A DNA stretch of 64,000 nt. Origin: Polyangiales bacterium (GTDB lineage Bacteria > Myxococcota_A > Polyangia > Polyangiales > JADJQN01). The notes under the pieces were generated by a model. It worked only from the letters and a program-made list of their open reading frames with translations, was not told the origin of the DNA and searched no databases. Made by a program: the position numbers and the translations under genes. Each line of letters starts with the position of its first letter. Positions within the stretch are counted from its first letter, which is position 1. This document shows positions 33,534-48,485 of this stretch, in pieces. The stretch spans positions 224,001 to 288,000 of the forward strand of contig CAXNJO010000001.1 of NCBI GenBank assembly GCA_964202905.1, read 5' to 3'.

Positions 33534-33690
33534 CCCTCCCCCGCGCGAGGGGGAGGGTTGGGGTGGGGGCCGACAAGACCGCGCAGGGGGGAGGGTTGGG
33601 GTGGGGGCCGACAAGACCGCGCAGGGGGGAGGGTTGGGTGGGGGCCGACAACCCGGATGGGGGAGGGTTGGAGAAGGGGCCGTCAACCCG
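33534..33690 (+). repeat. REP-like hairpin plus four ~38-bp G-rich tandem copies
   Basis: Stem CCCTCCCCC-gcgcga-GGGGGAGGG (33534-33557). GGGGGAGGGTTGGGGTGGGGGCCGACAA(GACCGCGCA) starts at about 33549, 33587, 33625 and 33659 (last copy degenerate). Confidence 0.9.
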
Positions 33691-33729
33691 TGCAGCAGAG
33701 AGGCCGAGAGTGAGCGAGGGCGCCGCCCC

Positions 33730-34645
33730 TCACTTGTAGGTGAATCGAATCTCGTAATCGCAGATCTGATACAGGTCGCCCTCTTCGATGCGCTTGCTGT
33801 CGATGCGGCGGCCCTGGTGCTCGACGCCGTTCGTGGAGCCGAGATCCTTCATGTAGAAGGCGCCGCCCTGGAAGACGACCGCCGCGTGGCGACGCGAGAT
33901 GTTGCCGTCCTTGATGGCGAGGTCGGCCGACTTGCTGCCACGGCCGATGACGAACTCTTCCTTCGCGACGGGGACCTTCTGGCCGTTGAAGATGGCGAAG
34001 AGGGTCGGCATCGCACCGGCGGCGGGCGCCGGGGTGGCGCCGGCGGACGAGGGCACGCGCGGCGCGCCGGGGAGCGGGGGCGGGGCGCCTCCGAAACTCG
34101 GCGGACGGTGCGTCTCGGGCGGGACGTAGGGGGCCGGGGTCGGCGCGCCGTACGCAGGCGCCGGTGCGGGGGGCGCGCCGTAACCGCCCTGCGTGGGGTA
34201 GGGCGGACGCGCAGCGGGCGCAGGGCGCGGCGCGGGCGGGTAGCCGGGCACGGGCGGCGCGCTGTAGCCGCCGGGGTACGCGGGCGGCGCCGCGGGGCGG
34301 CCCGGGGCGGCGGCGGCGCGCTCGAGGCGGGCGCCGGCGCGGCCATGGGCGCCGGCGGCGCGGGCGCGGCATCGCGGGGATGGACGGCGACGGCGGTGCG
34401 TCCATCCGCGGGATCGGCGCGGCCTGCGGGACGGGCGCCGCGGACGGCTCGCTCGGGCGCTGGCCACCGCTCGCCGAGGGGGTACGCGTCCCGTAATTGC
34501 GGGAGCGCGCGTATTGCCGCATCGCCTCGTTGATGAGGTAGTCGGTCGAGCACTCGAGCTCACCGCTCATCTGCTCGAAGATCTCCCAGAGGTAATCGCG
34601 ACACTGGAAGTGGCGGAGCGTCTTCTTGTTCTGTTCCTGGCTCAT
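33730..34645 (-). CDS. N-terminal ribbon-helix-helix-like domain + Pro-rich linker + C-terminal FHA domain (1-2 frameshifts at 34300-34380)
   Basis: N-terminus RHFQCRDYLWEIFEQMSGELECSTDYLINEAMRQY. FHA motifs FVIGRG, NISRRHA and DLGSTNG lie in another frame. Confidence 0.82.
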
Positions 34646-34660
34646 GTGGTGCTCCCCGCT

Positions 34661-36223
34661 TCAGCGCGCTGCCGGCGCTGCCCCTGCCGCGGCCGGTGCC
34701 GCAAGTCGCTCACGGACGCCCGCGATCGCCGCCTCGGCCACCTTGCCCACCGTGAAGCCCGCCTCCCAGCTGCGGGGCTCCGGACCCTTGACCGCCGTGG
34801 TGTCGGCGACGAGCGCCTGCATCGCCGCGACGTCCGCCGCCGTGCCCTTGCGCTCGAAGTAGCGGAGGCCGATCACGCGGTCCCACCAGTCCGGCGAATT
34901 GAGCTGCCCGCGCATGACGTCGTTCGGGAGCGGCGCGAGCTGGCCGAGGCGCGTCGCATAGCCGGCGAGCTCTTCAGGCGCGAACGTCGCGTCGGAGCCC
35001 GTGGGCAGCTTGGCGAGGAACTCCGCCGCGGCGCCCGCGCCGCCGATCGAGAGGACCAGCTCGCCGACGCGCCAGCGAACGCGCCACTCCGCCTTGTTCG
35101 AGACGAGCGGCCACAGGCGCGGCAGGGCCTCGGCGCTGCGGATGTCGCCGACGCGGTCGAAGGCGTAGTCGCGCACGGCGATGGGCGCCGCCGGGTCGAG
35201 CGCGACGTTGAGGAGCTGCTGCAGCATCCCCTGCGTCGCCTTGCCCTCGAGCGCCATGAGCGCGCGCTTGCGGCGCTCGCTGAGGAGTTCGCCCTCGGCC
35301 GAGGCCTGCGACGCGATCTCGAGGAGGCGTCCGGCGACCGCGGGCTGGTCGGCGAGGAACTTCATGGCCGGGAGCGCGCCGTCGTTGAGGAAGCTCTCGC
35401 GGTTGAAGGTCGCGACCTCGGTGACGCGGGCCTCGTTCACCGCACGCCCGGGGGTCGCGGCCGCCTGCAGCTGCGTGCGGATGGAGCTCTTGAGCCAGTC
35501 GAGGAAAGCGGGGCTCTCCATCTCGCGCTCGATCTCGATGAGGCGCTGCGCCGTGCGCGCCTTGGAGGCGGGGTCGCCGAGCTGCCCGACGAGCTCGGCC
35601 ACCTTCGTCATCGCCTCCTTCGCCATGCGCGCGTTGAGCGCGTTGACGAGGACGGCGGCGCCGGGCGCCCCGAGGGCGCGCACGACCTGCTCGGCGCTGT
35701 AGTTGCCCGCGAGGAGGCGGCCGCCGAAGTCCTGCACGTACCAGCCGACGACGGCCTCCGTCAGCGCGGCGCGCGTCGCGGGGCTCGCCCGCGCGATGAG
35801 CAGGAAGCCCGCGTCCTTCGCGCGCTTCTGCAGGGCCGTCGGGGGTGGGACGACGCCGGCCTCCGCGGGCGCCTGCGCGGCGCCCTGACCGCGCATGAGC
35901 GGCAGCAGGCCCGGCGTGAGCCCGTCGATCATCTCGCGCTGCGTCGCCTCGGGGAGCCGCTGCAACGCGCGCTGGAGTTCGGCGAGGCCGTCGACGTCGC
36001 TCCGCTCCATCTCGACGAGCGCGAGCGCGGCGCGCATCCGCAGCTCCATCGGGTACTTCTCGGCGAGCACCACCGCGACGATCTTCCCAGGCCCCTTGAC
36101 CGTGCCCTTCCAGTGGTCGACGTCGTCCGTCGTGACCTTGCAGCCCGCGACGAACGCGAGGAGGGCAAGGGCGAACGTCACTGCGAGGCGGTTGCTGCCT
36201 GAAAAACGTCGCTGATTTCGCAT
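34661..36223 (-). CDS. Helical-repeat (HEAT-like) lipoprotein of unknown function
   Basis: 520 aa, lipobox VAGC, natural composition, HEAT-like VRDYAFDRVGDI and VRWRVGELVL; 15 nt upstream of the FHA gene. Confidence 0.75.
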   Translation of the reverse strand: MRNQRRFSGSNRLAVTFALALLAFVAGCKVTTDDVDHWKGTVKGPGKIVAVVLAEKYPMELRMRAALALVEMERSDVDGLAELQRALQRLPEATQREMIDGLTPGLLPLMRGQGAAQAPAEAGVVPPPTALQKRAKDAGFLLIARASPATRAALTEAVVGWYVQDFGGRLLAGNYSAEQVVRALGAPGAAVLVNALNARMAKEAMTKVAELVGQLGDPASKARTAQRLIEIEREMESPAFLDWLKSSIRTQLQAAATPGRAVNEARVTEVATFNRESFLNDGALPAMKFLADQPAVAGRLLEIASQASAEGELLSERRKRALMALEGKATQGMLQQLLNVALDPAAPIAVRDYAFDRVGDIRSAEALPRLWPLVSNKAEWRVRWRVGELVLSIGGAGAAAEFLAKLPTGSDATFAPEELAGYATRLGQLAPLPNDVMRGQLNSPDWWDRVIGLRYFERKGTAADVAAMQALVADTTAVKGPEPRSWEAGFTVGKVAEAAIAGVRERLAAPAAAGAAPAAR

Positions 36224-36407
36224 GGTCTCTCTCGCGCTGGCCCTGTGAACGTGGCGCGGCCCGGCCGCCCTGCTGGCGACCCCGACCCGGACGGGTGGTC
36301 CGCGCGGAAGAATGGGGGGAAAGGGCGTCCGCGATCAAGTCCGCTGCCGCATGCGCTGGAATGTTGACCCGGCACGGAGACCTCCCTACCCTCGTCGGTA
36401 AGGCGAG

Positions 36408-39257
36408 GTGCGCTTGAATACTACACCGACCACATCTGCCCACGACGAGGTCGACCACGCGGTCGACGCGCTGAGCGAGCCGGAGGCCGGGAGACGGCAC
36501 GAGGTGTTCGGCATCCTCACGGGCGCGGCGACGCTCCTGCTGCTGTTGTCGCTGTGGTCGTACGACGCGCAGGGCGGCGAGAACTGGATCGGGCCGGTCG
36601 GCGCGTGGCTGGCCGCGGTCGTCGCGGCGGCGTTCGGCGTCGGGGCGTGGGTGCTCCCGGTGGAGCTCGGGCTGCTCTCGTTCCGGCTGTTCTCGCGGCA
36701 GGCGGCGGTGCTCGGGATCGCGCGCGCGGTCTCGACGCTCGTGATCGTGCTCGTCGGGTGCGCGATGCTGCACCTGTCGTTGCGCGACGTCGTGGTGTTC
36801 GGCGGTCATCTCGCGGGCGGGGTGCTCGGCGAGGTCTGCGGCGAGGTGCTGCGCTCGCTGCTCGGGCTCGCGGGCGCGTATGTCGTCGGCATCTCGGTGC
36901 TACTCGTGACGCTCGTGCTGCGGACGACGATCTCCGTCGTCGCGGTCGCGCGCTGGCTCGGGCTCGGGACGCGGCGCGCCGGCACGACGCTGTGGGACGG
37001 GCTGCGCGCGCTCTGGGAGGCCTGGCGCGAGGCGCGGGAGCTCGAGCGCGCGGAGCGCGAGGCGCAGGAGGCCGCGCGCTTGCCGCGCATCGTCTCCGAG
37101 GCGTCGGCCGGCCCGGGGGGCACGCTGCCGGGCACGCCGACCACGACGGGCGCGGGCACGCCGCCGAGCACGCTCACGGGCGCGACGGCGGGCAACGCCA
37201 CGCCCGTGGGCGCGGACAACGCCACGGGCGCCGTGCCTGCCGAGGCGCCGCGCGACGCACGCCGGGGTCGGGTCGCGGCGCGGACGCGGGGCGAGGTGGA
37301 GGCCGCGCGCGTCGCCGTCGCGCACGCGCACGACGACGACACGCTCGACGGTCCGCCCGACGACGACGAGCTCGGCGACGACGACGGGGAGGCGCAGGAC
37401 GACGCGCACCTCGACGCGCACGACGACATCGGGGAGGCCGACGACGCCCCGCCCCCCGCGCGTGTCCCGACCAAGGCGCTGCGGGCCGCGACCGTGACCC
37501 CTGCGCGGAGCCCGCATGCCGAGAGCGCGCCCGGCGCACGCCCCGCGGCCGCACGCCCCGCCCCGCTCCCGACGATCGTCCCGCCGACCACCGTGGCCGA
37601 GCCCGCCGCACCGCCCGCGCGCGTGCGCGCCGTCGAGCCGGTGCCCGCGCGTCCCCCCGCCCCCGAGCCCCCCGATCGCATCGTGCCCGGCGTCGGGCGC
37701 GGCTTCGTGCTGCCGCCGACGACGCTGCTCGCGCCCGTGCCGCAGGAGCAGGTCGTCATCGACGAGAAGACGCTCCGCGACAACGCCGCGCGCCTCGTCG
37801 ACAAGCTCAACGCGTACGGCGTGCAGGGCCGCGTCGACGAGATCCACCCCGGCCCCGTCGTCACGATGTACGAGCTCGAGCCCGCGAGCGGCACGAAGGT
37901 CTCGAAGATCGCCGGCCTCGCGGACGACCTCGCGATGGCGCTCGCCGCACAGAAGGTGCGCATCGTCGCGCCGATCCCCGGCAAGGCGCGCGTCGGCTTC
38001 GAGCTGCCGAACAAGCACCGTCAGTCGGTGTCGCTGCGCGAGATCCTCGAGGACGCGCGCTGGCGGGACACGAAGTCCTTGCTGCCGATGGCGCTCGGCA
38101 AGGACATCGCCGGGCAGCCCGTCTACGTCGACATGGCGAAGATGCCCCACCTGCTCGTCGCGGGTGCGACGGGCGCGGGCAAGTCGGTCGGTCTCAACGT
38201 GATGCTCGCGTCGATGCTCTCGCGCCGCACGCCCGAAGAGGTGCGGATGCTCATGATCGACCCGAAGGTCGTGGAGCTCGCCGTCTTCGACGGCATCCCG
38301 CACATGCTCCTGCCCGTCGTCACGGACATGAAGAAGGCGTCGCTCGCGCTGCGCTGGGCCGTCGACGAGATGGAGCGCCGCTACCAGCTCTTCGCCGACG
38401 CGGGCGCCAAGAACATCGGCACCTACAACGAGCGCGTCGAGAAGGTGCTGCGCGGCGAGATGCACGTCGACAAGCTCGCGCCGAAGAAGGCCGGCAAGGT
38501 CAAGGCGCAGGGGCCCGAGGGCGAGGAGGTCTACCTCCCGCCCGACGACGACGAGGCCGCCGACGCGAACGCGCAGCCGCCCACGAAGCTGCCGTTCATC
38601 GTGGTGGTCGTCGACGAGTTCGCGGACCTGATGATGGTCGCCGCGAAGGACGTCGAGTCCGCCGTCGCGCGGCTCGCGCAGAAGGCCCGCGCCGCCGGCA
38701 TCCACGTGATCCTCGCGACGCAGCGGCCCTCGGTCGACGTCATCACCGGCATGATCAAGGCGAACTTCCCCGCGCGCATCGCGTTCAAGGTCGCGCAGCG
38801 GCAGGACTCGCAGACGATCCTCGGGCAGAACGGCGCCGAGCACCTGCTCGGCATGGGCGACATGCTCATGATCCCACCCGGCGCCGCGGAGCTGAAGCGC
38901 GTGCACTGCGCGTACATCAGCGAAGACGAAGTGCAGGCGGTCTGCGATTTCCTGCGCATGCAAGGGAAGCCCGTCTACGACGAGAACATCCTCAAGCCGC
39001 GCGACGAGGAAGGCGACGGCGAGGGCGGCGAGGACGGCGACGGCGACGGACCGAAGAGCGACGACCCGCTCTACGACAAGGCCGTCGCGCTCGTCGCGCA
39101 GGCCGGCTACTGCTCGATCAGCCACATCCAGCGGCACCTCTCGGTCGGCTACAACAAGGCCGCGAAGCTCGTCGAGCGCATGGAGAAGGACGGCATCGTC
39201 GGCTCCGCGAGCGCGAAGGCGGGCGGACGCCGCGAGGTCCTCATCCAGGCGATGTAG
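36408..39257 (+). CDS. ftsK: DNA translocase FtsK
   Basis: 4TM N-domain (NWIGPVGA), long linker, MPHLLVAGATGAGKSVG, IDPK, VVDEFADLM, ATQRPSVDVITG and gamma domain QRHLSVGYNKAAKLVE. Confidence 0.97.
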   Translation: MRLNTTPTTSAHDEVDHAVDALSEPEAGRRHEVFGILTGAATLLLLLSLWSYDAQGGENWIGPVGAWLAAVVAAAFGVGAWVLPVELGLLSFRLFSRQAAVLGIARAVSTLVIVLVGCAMLHLSLRDVVVFGGHLAGGVLGEVCGEVLRSLLGLAGAYVVGISVLLVTLVLRTTISVVAVARWLGLGTRRAGTTLWDGLRALWEAWREARELERAEREAQEAARLPRIVSEASAGPGGTLPGTPTTTGAGTPPSTLTGATAGNATPVGADNATGAVPAEAPRDARRGRVAARTRGEVEAARVAVAHAHDDDTLDGPPDDDELGDDDGEAQDDAHLDAHDDIGEADDAPPPARVPTKALRAATVTPARSPHAESAPGARPAAARPAPLPTIVPPTTVAEPAAPPARVRAVEPVPARPPAPEPPDRIVPGVGRGFVLPPTTLLAPVPQEQVVIDEKTLRDNAARLVDKLNAYGVQGRVDEIHPGPVVTMYELEPASGTKVSKIAGLADDLAMALAAQKVRIVAPIPGKARVGFELPNKHRQSVSLREILEDARWRDTKSLLPMALGKDIAGQPVYVDMAKMPHLLVAGATGAGKSVGLNVMLASMLSRRTPEEVRMLMIDPKVVELAVFDGIPHMLLPVVTDMKKASLALRWAVDEMERRYQLFADAGAKNIGTYNERVEKVLRGEMHVDKLAPKKAGKVKAQGPEGEEVYLPPDDDEAADANAQPPTKLPFIVVVVDEFADLMMVAAKDVESAVARLAQKARAAGIHVILATQRPSVDVITGMIKANFPARIAFKVAQRQDSQTILGQNGAEHLLGMGDMLMIPPGAAELKRVHCAYISEDEVQAVCDFLRMQGKPVYDENILKPRDEEGDGEGGEDGDGDGPKSDDPLYDKAVALVAQAGYCSISHIQRHLSVGYNKAAKLVERMEKDGIVGSASAKAGGRREVLIQAM

Positions 39258-39394
39258 CGGCGCAGCGCGTGGTGACCCGGGCCATCCCGGCGCCACGTGT
39301 TGCCCGTGGCGCGCGGCGCGACAAGCTGCGCTTGCGGCCGCACACAGGCGGCGTCGATGATCGGCTCAGGCGCGCCCGAGCGCCCGGAGGTCCC

Positions 39395-44518
<5,124 letters not shown>

Positions 44519-44605
44519 GCGCTGCGCGCGCGGCGGCACGACGGCGCGCGCGCGACCTCACGCCGCCGCACCGACCTACGCGGAGCGATCGCGTATAACC
44601 GCGGC

Positions 44606-45406
44606 ATGAGCGAGCACGGCAAGGAGCAGGAGCAAGGCGGGGCGCGGGAGCCGGGCGGGGGCGAGGCGAAGGCCCCCGGCCTCGCGGCGATCGACGTGAA
44701 CGAGTACGGCGGCCGCAAGGACGGCGAGCGCCAGTCGCTGAACCGCCGTCTTTTCATGCAGTTGCTCGTGTTCGAGGCGAACCTGCACGCGGCCACGCAC
44801 GCGGCCGACCTCGCGCGGCACCTGCGCGAGGCGGGCGTCGCGTCGATCGTCTACGACGACGCCAACGACCCGCGCGGCGTCGGGCTGCTCACGTGGAGCG
44901 AGGACCCGGCGCACTTCGTCACGCGCGTGCGCCCGGTGTTCACGCTCATCCCGCGTGGCGAGCTGGGCCTGCGCCCCGAGATGACGATGCTCGGCCGCAC
45001 GTACGCGACGGGCCACGAGCCGCAGCTCGCCTGGTCGCTGCTCGAGCGCGCCATCGAGCAGGTCACGCACCCCGCGCACGACTGGGCGGTGTGGTACCCG
45101 CTGCGCCGAGGCGGCGCGTTCTCGCGGCTCGAGCCGCACGACCAGTCGATCATCCTACGCGAGCACGCGCACATCGGGATGGCGTATGGGCAGGCCGACC
45201 TCGCCCACGACGTGCGCCTCGCCTGCCATGGCCTCGACGCGCAGGACAACGACTTCGTGATCGGGCTGCTCGGCCATGATCTGCACCCCCTCTCGCACGT
45301 CGTGCAGTCGATGCGGAAGACGGTCCAGACCTCGCAATACATCGAGAAAATGGGCCCTTTCTTCGTCGGACACGTCGCGCATCGCGTGCCGGGCGCGCCG
45401 CGCTGA
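44606..45406 (+). CDS. Chlorite dismutase / coproheme decarboxylase (ChdC/HemQ) family heme protein
   Basis: WAVWYPLRR, ILREHAHIG (proximal His), GLDAQDNDFVIG and MRKTVQTSQY..MGPFFVG. Confidence 0.8.
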   Translation: MSEHGKEQEQGGAREPGGGEAKAPGLAAIDVNEYGGRKDGERQSLNRRLFMQLLVFEANLHAATHAADLARHLREAGVASIVYDDANDPRGVGLLTWSEDPAHFVTRVRPVFTLIPRGELGLRPEMTMLGRTYATGHEPQLAWSLLERAIEQVTHPAHDWAVWYPLRRGGAFSRLEPHDQSIILREHAHIGMAYGQADLAHDVRLACHGLDAQDNDFVIGLLGHDLHPLSHVVQSMRKTVQTSQYIEKMGPFFVGHVAHRVPGAPR

Positions 45407-45515
45407 GACGCGCCGCGGGGCGCCGCGCGTGAAGAACGCGCGTCGGTCGTCCGTCCGTGCCGAAGCCCGCGTGATGCCGAGACGCGCGGGTTCCATCCCG
45501 CCCGGAGAGACACCG

Positions 45516-46391
45516 ATGGACCCGCTGCGCCCTGCTCCCCGCCTCCTCGTCGCGTCGCTCTTCGTCGCCCTCGCCGGCCTGCTCGCGGCGCCCGCCGTGC
45601 GCGCGCAGCAGGCCTCCGCCGACGCCGCGGACGCCGCCGCACGCGCGACGCAGGCGATGGAGCGCATCGACCGCGAGATCGCGTGTCTGCGGACGCAGCG
45701 GGAGCGCCTCGCGCGGCTCCACACCCTGATCGCGGAGGCCGACACGCAGGCGCGCGCGAGCTCGCACGGCGCGCGCGAGCGTGACGAGGGCGCCGCGGCG
45801 GTCGCCTCGCTGCGTGCGCAGGCCGCCGACGCCGAGCGCGCCGCGAAGCTCTGCCTCGAGCCGGGCGCGGCCTTCGCGACGGGCGAGACGATGCAGGTCG
45901 CCGTCACGCCGCCCCACGATCCCGTCGCCGCTCGCCTCGCACAGCCGAACGGCACGGCGACCACGCAGGCCGCGCACCTCGGCGCGACGGGCCCGACGCT
46001 GGCGCAGGACACCGCGCGTCTCATCGAGCGCGACACCGGCCTCTCGGACGACGTGCGCGTGCTGCGCGGCGTGCACACGGGCGGCAGCGGGACCCTCGAA
46101 CACGGCGCCGTGCGCGCCGCCGTGCGCGCGATCGGCCCGCGGATCGCCGCGTGTTACGACCGGATGCTCGAGCGCGGCGCGCTCCGCGAGGGGACGCTAG
46201 CGCTGGTCTTCGACGTCACGGGGATCGGCCGCCCGACGCGCGTCTCGGTCACGCGCACCGACCACGGCGACCACCTCGACGACGTCGCGCTCGGCCAGTG
46301 CGTGCGTCAGGCCGGCGAGGCGCTGCGTTTCCCGCAGGGCGCGCGCGGCGGCACCGCGACGTACACCTACACGCTGCAGTTCGGCGGCTGA
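45516..46391 (+). CDS. Secreted protein with C-terminal AgmX/PglI (TonB-C-like) domain
   Basis: Signal peptide AVRA-QQ, coiled coil, then VRAAVRAIGPRIAACY...GTLALVFDV...CV.....LRFP....TYTLQF. Confidence 0.7.
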   Translation: MDPLRPAPRLLVASLFVALAGLLAAPAVRAQQASADAADAAARATQAMERIDREIACLRTQRERLARLHTLIAEADTQARASSHGARERDEGAAAVASLRAQAADAERAAKLCLEPGAAFATGETMQVAVTPPHDPVAARLAQPNGTATTQAAHLGATGPTLAQDTARLIERDTGLSDDVRVLRGVHTGGSGTLEHGAVRAAVRAIGPRIAACYDRMLERGALREGTLALVFDVTGIGRPTRVSVTRTDHGDHLDDVALGQCVRQAGEALRFPQGARGGTATYTYTLQFGG

Positions 46392-46438
46392 CGTCGGCGC
46401 CCACGAGCCGTACGGAGCCGCATGCTAGATCGGCGCGC

Positions 46439-47755
46439 GTGAGACTCCCGCCCGGCCTCCGCCGCGAAGACGTCGTCGCCGCGCACCGCGCGCACGTCTG
46501 GCCGCCGTACACGTCCGCGGAGGTGCACGCGACGCGTGACCCGCTCGTGATCGTCGCGGCCGAGGGCGCCTGGCTCGAGGACGCCGACGGGCGTCGCCTG
46601 CTCGACGGCAACGCGTCGTGGTGGACGAGCACGCTCGGGCACCGCCACCCGCGCCTCCTCGCGGCGGTGCGCGCGCAGCTCGAGTCGCTCGACCACGTCT
46701 CGATGGGCGACTCCACGAACGTCGCCGCCGCGCTCCTCGCGAAGGAGCTCGTCGCCATCGCGCCGCCGGGCCTCGTGCGCGTGCACTTCTCCGACGACGG
46801 CTCCACGGCCGTCGAGGTCGCGATCAAGCTCGCGCAGCAGTACTGGGCGCAGAACGGCCGCCCCGCGCGCACCCGCTTCGTCTCGCTCGGCGGCGCCTTC
46901 CACGGCGACACGCTCGGCGCGGTCTCGCTCGGCGGCGTCGACGCGTTCCGCAAGGTGTTCGGGCCGCTGCTCTTCGACGTGCTGCGCGCCCCCGATCCGG
47001 GCGACGACGACGCGGGCTGGGAGCGCCTCGTCACGGCCGTCGAGGACGAGCTCGCGCGCGACGCGGACCACATCGCGGCCGTCGTCGTCGAGCCGCTCGT
47101 GCAGGGCGCGGCGGGCATGCGGATCTGGCCCGCCGCGCTCTTGCGCCGCCTGCGCGAGGCGACGACGCGCGCCGACACGCTGCTCGTCTGCGACGAGGTC
47201 TTCACCGGCTATGGCCGCACCGGGCGCATGTGGGCGTGCGCGCACGCGGGCATCACGCCCGACCTGCTCTGCACGGCCAAGGGCTTCACGGCCGGCACGC
47301 TGCCGATGGCCGCGACGCTCGCGACCGACCGCCTCTGGCAGGGCTTCTCGGGCGGCAGCAGCCGCGCGCTCATGCACGGACACACGTTCTGCGGGCACCC
47401 GCTCGGCGCGGCCGTCGCGCGCGAGGTGCTTGCCATCTTCCGTGATGAGGACGTCCTCGGCGGCGTCGCGCGCAAGCAGGCGCTCATCGCGCAGGGCTTC
47501 GCGCGGATCGCGGCGCTGCCCGGCGTGCGCAGGACGCGCGCGCTCGGGATGATCGGCGCCGCGGACCTCGGGGACGGCGGCTACGGCGGACGCGCGGGCT
47601 GGCGCGTCTACGACGAGGCCCTCGCGCGGGGCGCCTACCTGCGACCCCTCGGCGACACCGTGTACGTCACGCCGCCGCTGACGATCCCGGACGCCGACCT
47701 CGCGCGGCTGCTCGACGTGCTGCACGACGCGATCGGCGCGGCGTCGGTTCGCTGA
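46439..47755 (+). CDS. bioA: Adenosylmethionine-8-amino-7-oxononanoate aminotransferase
   Basis: HVWPPYT, DGNASWW, DDGSTAVEVAIK, FHGDTLG, EPLVQGAAGM, DEVFTGYGRTG, AKGFT, HGHTFCG and LRPLGDTVY. Confidence 0.93.
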   Translation: MRLPPGLRREDVVAAHRAHVWPPYTSAEVHATRDPLVIVAAEGAWLEDADGRRLLDGNASWWTSTLGHRHPRLLAAVRAQLESLDHVSMGDSTNVAAALLAKELVAIAPPGLVRVHFSDDGSTAVEVAIKLAQQYWAQNGRPARTRFVSLGGAFHGDTLGAVSLGGVDAFRKVFGPLLFDVLRAPDPGDDDAGWERLVTAVEDELARDADHIAAVVVEPLVQGAAGMRIWPAALLRRLREATTRADTLLVCDEVFTGYGRTGRMWACAHAGITPDLLCTAKGFTAGTLPMAATLATDRLWQGFSGGSSRALMHGHTFCGHPLGAAVAREVLAIFRDEDVLGGVARKQALIAQGFARIAALPGVRRTRALGMIGAADLGDGGYGGRAGWRVYDEALARGAYLRPLGDTVYVTPPLTIPDADLARLLDVLHDAIGAASVR

Positions 47756-47842
47756 GCGACACGGGCCGAGGTCGCGCGAGGAGGTGCCTCGCCGCGCTCC
47801 GCGAGGTCGTGAGGATTCACGCGCGGCGCGCCGCCACGGGCA

Positions 47843-47870
47843 TTGAATGGCCATTCATCGATGCTAGTTT
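47843..47870 (+). promoter_or_regulatory. Candidate sigma70 promoter with overlapping palindromic operator
   Basis: TTGAAT (47843-47848), 16 nt, then TAGTTT (47865-47870) preceded by TGC. Perfect palindrome TGAATGGCCATTCA at 47844-47857. Confidence 0.55.
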
Positions 47871-47879
47871 CCGGGTCGC

Positions 47880-48083
47880 ATGGCGCTCGACCCGGACTTC
47901 GTCTCGCTCTTCCGCTGCCCCCGCTGTCACGGCAAGCTCGAGGCGAGCGTCGAGCCCGCAGGCCTCGGCTGCGTGCGTTGCGCGCTGCTCTACGCCGTGC
48001 AGGACGAGCTGCCGAACTTCCTCATCGAAGAGGCGACGCCCCTCCCCTCCCGCGGGCCCGCCGCCGCGGACGGGTCGCGCTGA
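47880..48083 (+). CDS. Trm112-family (YcaR-like) protein
   Basis: 67 aa; FRCPRCHGKL..LGCVRCALLYAVQDELPNFLIEEA. Confidence 0.85.
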   Translation: MALDPDFVSLFRCPRCHGKLEASVEPAGLGCVRCALLYAVQDELPNFLIEEATPLPSRGPAAADGSR

Positions 48084-48089
48084 GGCGCG

Positions 48090-48485
48090 ATGACGTCCGC
48101 GCGCTCGCCGTTGGAGGCCCCCGTGAAGTTCCTCCTGGTCGAGGACGACGAAGAGGTCCTCGCGCTCGAGGCCCGCATCCTCGGCTCGGTGGGCACCGTG
48201 GAGGTCGCGCGTGACGGCGCCGAGGCCCTCGCGCGGATCCAGGGCGGCTACGTCCCCGACGTCGTCGTCACGGACGTCATGATGCCCGTGATGGACGGCC
48301 TCGCCCTCGCGCGGCAGCTCAAGCGCGACCCGGCGACCAGCCGGATCCCCGTCGTGATGCTGACGGCGCGCGGCAGCCCGCAGGACGTGACCGCCGGCGT
48401 GAACGCGGGCGCGCGCCACTACCTCACCAAGCCCTTCACCGCCGCGCAGCTGCTTGGCAAGGTCCATCGCGCCCTCGGACGCTGA
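48090..48485 (+). CDS. Single-domain response regulator (receiver)
   Basis: LLVEDD, PDVVVTDVMMPVMDG, PVVMLTA and YLTKPF. Confidence 0.92.
   Translation: MTSARSPLEAPVKFLLVEDDEEVLALEARILGSVGTVEVARDGAEALARIQGGYVPDVVVTDVMMPVMDGLALARQLKRDPATSRIPVVMLTARGSPQDVTAGVNAGARHYLTKPFTAAQLLGKVHRALGR

Noticed and set aside
33549..33667. KOPS cluster (GGGNAGGG) near ftsK
   Set aside because: The octamers are just part of the REP-like arm. KOPS act genome-wide rather than near ftsK, and the motif is not established for this lineage.
33549..33690. CRISPR array
   Set aside because: Sequences between the conserved cores are short and identical in copies 1-2, and there are no cas genes. It is a tandem repeat.
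36554..39394. N-terminal 947 codons of the 2654-aa ORF overlapping ftsK
   Set aside because: Arg/Ala/Gly-rich off-frame read-through of GC-rich DNA. The real start is ATG 39395, with GGAGG and a signal peptide.
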